A stretch of 40,695 bases of DNA from Octopus bimaculoides (taxonomy: Eukaryota): NCBI RefSeq assembly GCF_001194135.2, contig NC_068991.1:845309-886003 (forward strand). The letters run 5' to 3'. The notes under the pieces were generated by a model. The model made no database searches. It had not been told where the DNA came from and saw only the letters and a list, made by a program, of their open reading frames with translations. A program made the translations under genes and the position numbers. Shown here in pieces: positions 24,574 through 40,695 of this stretch; the stretch's first letter is position 1; the number at the start of each line of letters is the position of its first letter.

Positions 24574-25089
24574 CGTACAGCAGTAATGTATTGTCAATCA
24601 GAATTTATGGTAAACATAGAAAGCGGTCGATGGACAAGTTATGTACTTTAAATCATTCTATTCACTTGTGTACGTTTTAGGTTTCATATATGTGTAAAGA
24701 CACCATCTGCATACGTATGATTAGCTGACACACACTGTCTCTCCAGCTGTGTGTGTGTGTATGTGTGTGCGTGCGTGTGCTTGTGTGTGCATGTATGTAT
24801 GTGTGTGTGCGTATTTCTATCAATCTAGCTCTATGTGCGCGCTCCATGTATGTACGTTCGTACGTTCGTGCGTATGTATGTATCTATGTATGTATCTATG
24901 TATGTATGTATGTATGTATGTATGTATGTATGTATGTATACTTCATTTTCATTCTATTTTCTTCTCTTTTAACAAGGGAAAACTAACAAAATGATGCCTA
25001 ATTTTACGAAACCCACCACTTCTGCCGCCCGATGAAGTTCTACTCAACATGCTCAAATACAGTGCAATCATTTACATGCGCCTATTGTG

Positions 25090-25220
25090 CGTTACTATGG
25101 CGCTTTGTCACTACTTCCGGTGTCACGTGATTAAGCGCTTCCGTTGGCTCTAATAACCGACATATTATGCTTTCGCTAACGTCATACGATGACGTCAGCT
25201 CTAATTGCAGATTGGATACA
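25090..25220. promoter_or_regulatory. Promoter-like motif cluster
   Basis: Within 125 bp of CpG-enriched DNA: ATGGCG (YY1-like, 25097), ACTTCCGG (ETS, 25113), GTCACGTGA (E-box, 25122), CTTCCG (25138), TGACGTCA (CRE, 25190) and ATTGG (25211). Confidence 0.5.
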
Positions 25221-25333
25221 AGTTATACATTCTATACTCTCGACACCCTCTAGTATAGCAACGAAGAGAGTGGACCTGGTTTTTATTTATACACACGCAA
25301 TCAGTGTACATACGCGCGCGCACACACACACAC

Positions 25334-25379
<46 letters not shown>

Positions 25380-26889
25380 NNNNNNNNNNNNNNNNNNNNN
25401 NNNNNNNNNNNNNNNNNNNNNNNNNNNNNNNNNNNNNNNNNNNNNNNNNNNNNNNNNNNNNNNNNNNNNNNNNNNNNNNNNNNNNNNNNNNNNNNNNNNN
25501 NNNNNNNNNNNNNNNNNNNNNNNNNNNNNNNNNNNNNNNNNNNNNNNNNNNNNNNNNNNNNNNNNNNNNNNNNNNNNNNNNNNNNNNNNNNNNNNNNNNN
25601 NNNNNNNNNNNNNNNNNNNNNNNNNNNNNNNNNNNNNNNNNNNNNNNNNNNNNNNNNNNNNNNNNNNNNNNNNNNNNNNNNNNNNNNNNNNNNNNNNNNN
25701 NNNNNNNNNNATATATATATATATATACACCCATACACCTACGTACACAGGCACACACATATATACATACACGCATTTTAAATGGAAACGTATGTTACGT
25801 TTGAGTGCGTGTGTATATATATATATATATATAAGTGTATGTGTGTGTATGTATGTGTGTGCGTGTGTGTATGTATGATGTATGTATACAGTTTTTATAG
25901 TTTATTTGCAGCTGAAATCGTTTTAGTTGTTACTCTAAGTTTCACGTTGCCTTTATTCAAACGATTGGTGAAGAAAAGCAGTTTGAAAATACGTGAAACA
26001 AGACACAAGAATTTGATTGGCTTCCAAACATCCGTTGAAAATGCCTCATACCTTCTGTTATTCAATTTATTTTATATGCTGGCCATGTTATATATTTATC
26101 TATTTATGCGCAAAATCTTGCCATATTTTCATACCTTCAGTATATGTGCTAAACACACTAAAACAAAAACTATTCTTATAGCAGTTTTTGTGTCCATGAA
26201 GAACTTACTGTTTTTGTTTTCCAGTTTTGTCACCATCTTTTTTTTTTTTTTTGGTATGACAGATCTATAGCGGAGGAAATATACTATCTTAACCAGTTGT
26301 CACTTCGAAAGTTTTCAATAAATATTGATGACTGTGTTTTCAAGAATTCACTAAATCCGATGTTTTTTTCGGTATTTCCATAAGCATACAACACATCTGG
26401 AAATTTTTATGTAGTGTGTTTTATGATTGACCGCTCGCTTTCGGATTAGTTAATATTCTTGCTCTTTAAAACTCCACATATATATGGAGAGGTTGGTAGG
26501 GTATCACACTGTCTGTGTACACATGACGCGAGCTCTTTGTAACTAAGTTTCCAGCAAGTGAAATATAACAATCTACAGTTACATAGACGCGAACACACGC
26601 CATGTATATATTAATCTATACATATACAGACACGCACATGTGCAGGCACGCACATACACACACATACATACACACGCATCCGTAAATTTATATAAATGCC
26701 TGCTTATATAAATGTATGTGTGTATTCATGTATTCAAAAGCAAAACGAAGGAAAATCTTTTTTGAAATCTTTATCATGGATATTCACAGTTTTATGAAAA
26801 TATACTACTAATTGCAATCGCTTAAATGACGATTTAATTAGGTTGCCAAAGAATGGAAAATAAACTGAAATAATATGAATTAAATTAAT

Positions 26890-27520
26890 CTTTCATGAGA
26901 TCAGTTCTGGAAGTTTACACTACACCTAATGTAGCAGATATTATAGCTACTGTTAACACTAAGAAACTGAATACTATTAGGAATAATGTATGTACGTTTA
27001 TTCAGGTTGTATAAAACAATCTCACTTTGTTACAAATAATACATTTGTTTGGTAGAAAAAACTGTAATCACTATAATACAATATGTCCTCTTAATATTAT
27101 CACTAAAAGAATAAACAAGGGCTATTATGCCAACAAGCCTAATAGAATGTCTAACTGTAGGAACCGTGCTAAATGCCCTTCATGTAACCTATGTCTGGAA
27201 TAATTTGATTTATCAGTGCTCACTTAAAACACCTGATAATGTCCATTACCACACAGAGGTTACTGCTTCTAAATTCAAGACCAGAATACCTTAGTATGTT
27301 CATTCTTTTAAATATAAGAGAAAACAGCATTTCACTAAGTTCATCCGGGACTTAAAAGACACTCTTCTATTTCGTGGTCTATTGTAGGTAGTGCTCTTTC
27401 TGTGAGGGGACGGTGGTAGCTGTAATTTGTGATCAGTGGAGGTATTGGAAATTTTCATTCGTTTATCAAATTAAATCAATGAGTATAACGAGTTAAGTAA
27501 AGGTTGTTCACTCTTACTTA
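26890..27520 (+). mobile_element. Penelope-like element relic (linker plus GIY-YIG endonuclease)
   Basis: YTTPNVADIIATVNTKKL; SNCRNRAKCP; NLIYQCSLKTPDNVHYHTEVTASKFKTRI..VHSFKY..FIRDLKD; WSIV; GSCNL*SVE; NELSKGC; decayed. Confidence 0.75.
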
Positions 27521-28377
27521 ATAAAACTTTCCACATACAAATCCTTCACAAGTAATTTACTTAGGTCAACTAAGATTAATGCTTGTGTCTTTTATTATGG
27601 ATTCTCCCGCCCTACGTGAATTATTTCTAATGTAACATACCAAATATTCATTTCTTAAAGAATCTTTAATCTTGAAGTATTGTACTTAATTTCAATTTAG
27701 TCGTAGTAAACATATTAACTAGAAGTGATTATAGAGGGGCACAGTAATTTATTATATACACCTATCATTACGACCCACTTACCGATTCTTTCTGCATTTA
27801 GCTGCCTTCAAATTTTTCTCTGAATTAACTTTTCTGTTTGTTGCTCTTCTATTATTGTCACTTTTGATTATGGTAGTGAATACGTAGGAGTAAATTCACT
27901 TTTTCTCTCTATATTCATTGTAGTAGCATACTTTTACACTTGATGCATCTTGAACTGTCAGGGACTGTGACATTGGTCAGTTTGGACCAAATCAAAGAAG
28001 GCAATTTGATATGTCACTTTCCGACAATCTGCCTCTACTGAATTATCTTGATAGGGAAATATCTGATGTTTAAAACTCCGGTATTACGTCTACTACTACT
28101 ACATTGTATGTTTGTTGGAAACTAATAACACCAAATGACCTAAAGTCTGACGAGAATGGTAGAGGGCAAACTATTAATTTAATTAATTCACGAATTAATT
28201 GATTGATTATTGTATGGATTTACATAAATTTTATCTGTACAAACCAATGTGTATGGTGATGAAATAGTTCTTCTGGCCGTTCGTAACGGTCGAAACCTTG
28301 AATAAAGTTATGTAACGACATCGCTTTCATTTTTTTTTATCTAATTGCTGATGTAGCTTCCACGTTTTTGCCCATTT

Positions 28378-28402
28378 CAACAACAACAACAACAACAACA
28401 AC

Positions 28403-28432
<30 letters not shown>
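28378..28432. repeat. (CAA)n(AAT)n microsatellite in or near the DRC7 3' UTR
   Basis: Direct reading. Confidence 0.9.
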
Positions 28433-28433
<1 letters not shown>

Positions 28434-28446
28434 GTAAATAACCATG

Positions 28447-28452
28447 TTTATT
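28447..28452 (-). promoter_or_regulatory. Candidate AATAAA polyadenylation signal for DRC7
   Basis: TTTATT on the plus strand about 240 nt downstream of the stop; common hexamer in AT-rich DNA. Confidence 0.3.
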
Positions 28453-28688
28453 TATCCATGTTTCTAATAAAAATGATTGTTGTGTTAACTGTGGTGAAAT
28501 AATGAAATATTTAGCGAACTGGGCAAAGTTTGGAAACATTTCATTCAATTACAAAACATGGCGATTCCTCGAAACGAAACAAAAAAAGAATGAAAAAAAA
28601 ATGGAAATATTTGAAGAGAAATAATCTACGGAGTCGTTTTAGCATCACAATTTCTCTTGGACAGTCTTTCTCTCAACATCATGTGCGG

Positions 28689-38818
<10,130 letters not shown>

Positions 38819-39013
38819 CTGAAATTTAGACGAAGAAAAATTTGGATTATTTTTAGAAAACCAATCATCAACACCACTAAATTGTCTGCTGTGTTTTCAC
38901 CAAGAATAATGCGTTATGGTGGCAGAAAACGAGAAATTTGAGTGAGACGAGTAAAACTGATCGAATTACTTGCAGCCAGAAAAAGCAGTGTGTGTGTGTG
39001 TGTGTGTGTGTTT

Positions 39014-39044
<31 letters not shown>

Positions 39045-39538
39045 CANNNNNNNNNNNNNNNNNNNNNNNNNNNNNNNNNNNNNNNNNNNNNNNNNNNNNN
39101 NNNNNNNNNNNNNNNNNNNNNNNNNNNNNNNNNNNNNNNNNNNNNNNNNNNNNNNNNNNNNNNNNNNNNNNATATATATATATATATATATATATACAAC
39201 AAAACAAGAAGTTGGGTATTTTTTGGTATTATTTATTCACCATTACATATGTTTCATTCACTAATAGGAATCACAAAGTTATACGTGTTGGAAAAAGTTC
39301 AGATATTTCAATGTAAGAAATACTAATATTAATATCAGCTGATAAAATGTATTTCCCATGTCGTTATTAAATCTTTGTAACTACAGGACTAAAACTATTA
39401 CCTAAAATTCCAACCTTTCTTTTAATATCCATATTCTGCGACTAATATTGTTCACCAGGTATTTCAGCTTGCACGTATGATTTTCTCATTTGAGATCAAC
39501 ATCGACACGCACGCACGCACGCTCGCACGCACGCACGC

Positions 39539-39571
<33 letters not shown>

Positions 39572-39879
39572 CACACACACAATAATCTACAAAGATAAGA
39601 CGGTTTTTGTAGCATAACTGTAAATTTTCAGTTTTTATCATAACTACCCATTAAATGTCTCTTCTCAGTTAAATGCAGTGCAGAATCGTGACGAATAGTT
39701 CTGGGTACAGAAAGACAGCATTTATTAAATAATTGGCAGACATGTTGCAGACAGATGGGAAAGATTTACTATTAACTTCCTTTGGTCCATATACCTCTGA
39801 CTGGCTAACAAGACAAGTCTTAGAAAGACAAGGTCTGTTGAAGTCTCTTCAACATACGTCAGCTCATTCACCATATTTT

Positions 39880-40235
39880 CCCCCACGATATTCTGTCCAT
39901 TACAATAATTTCCCAATTCCCCACATGATTATTTCTCTTCTTCACAACCGGATTAAACCAGTCCTTGTATCTTAGCTTCTTTTTGGAAGGAGGTTTTTTT
40001 CCCCAGAGTCTAGTTCTCCGTATTGTAGACCCTTCGGAATTCTTTCATCTTTCATACGAACGACATAGCCCATCCCCCACCACCGCTACCTTTCACCTCA
40101 GTCTGCTACGTCGAAAGAGAGTGTCGATGCTTATAACATTTTCAAACCCCAATACCTCAACATTACTCACATAATCTCTCCAACATATTTTCAAAATTTG
40201 TAGAAGACATTTTTGCTGAAACATTCCCAATATTT
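39880..40235 (-). mobile_element. RTE-clade LINE relic (3' part of ORF)
   Basis: LGMFQQKCLLQILKICWRDYVSNVEVLGFENVISIDTLFRRSRLR*; GYVVRMKDERIPKGLQYGELDSG; RYKDW. Confidence 0.88.
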
Positions 40236-40650
40236 TATGTTTACAATGGAATATCCATTTTTTGACAGTTACATAACAAAACAGAAAAACAAATGTAGGT
40301 TTTCAAAATAAATATTTCTATTGCCATTTAATTTTAGACATCGTTGAGACCGTAATGAGAAATAGATTTGCAGGATTAGTTATAAACTTGAAGCTTCTTA
40401 CAATCACGGGCGGTGATGGAAAGTCAGACGTCCACAAGAATATGAAATATTGCATTAAATTAATTAATTAGACATGGTTACATGTTTCGTTCAAACGAGA
40501 TTTTAAAATCTATGAAAACCTCATTTAGATGGGAAGCAAAACCATCTGCAATGAATTCTTCTAATTTTATGGATTGCATTATGTGTGTGTGTGTGTGTGC
40601 ATACATACATGCAATTATACGACATATATACACACATACACACACGCATA

Positions 40651-40695
<45 letters not shown>

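Overview
AT-rich, microsatellite-dense eukaryotic DNA with 14 N-gaps. The repeat content looks like a coleoid cephalopod (octopus-like) draft assembly; this is an inference. The only recognisable protein-coding gene is the 3' half of DRC7/CCDC135 (nexin-dynein regulatory complex subunit 7) on the minus strand. Nine GT-AG exons between 38818 and the stop at 28689 splice in frame to 434 aa. One further exon probably lies in the 37188-37987 gap, and the 5' part of the gene is beyond the window. The rest is intronic or intergenic DNA with decayed mobile elements: two RTE LINE relics, two RLE-type non-LTR relics, two Penelope-like GIY-YIG relics, three Tc1/mariner relics, a hAT-type MITE with a perfect 8-bp TSD, a Helentron-associated element and several tRNA-derived SINEs. 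The most notable non-coding observations are: (i) a near-intact minimal type I hammerhead ribozyme motif on the sense strand of a DRC7 intron (31177-31223); (ii) three more hammerhead-like relics sharing a palindromic GAAA-CAGCTG-TH helix III; (iii) a 168-bp near-perfect palindrome (16249-16416); (iv) promoter-like motif clusters, two of which share a 17-bp ETS/E-box composite. All motif and homology calls come from reading the sequence and from remembered family consensuses; no search was run. I cannot claim a wholly new system. The intronic hammerhead and the long dsRNA-forming elements are the best leads.
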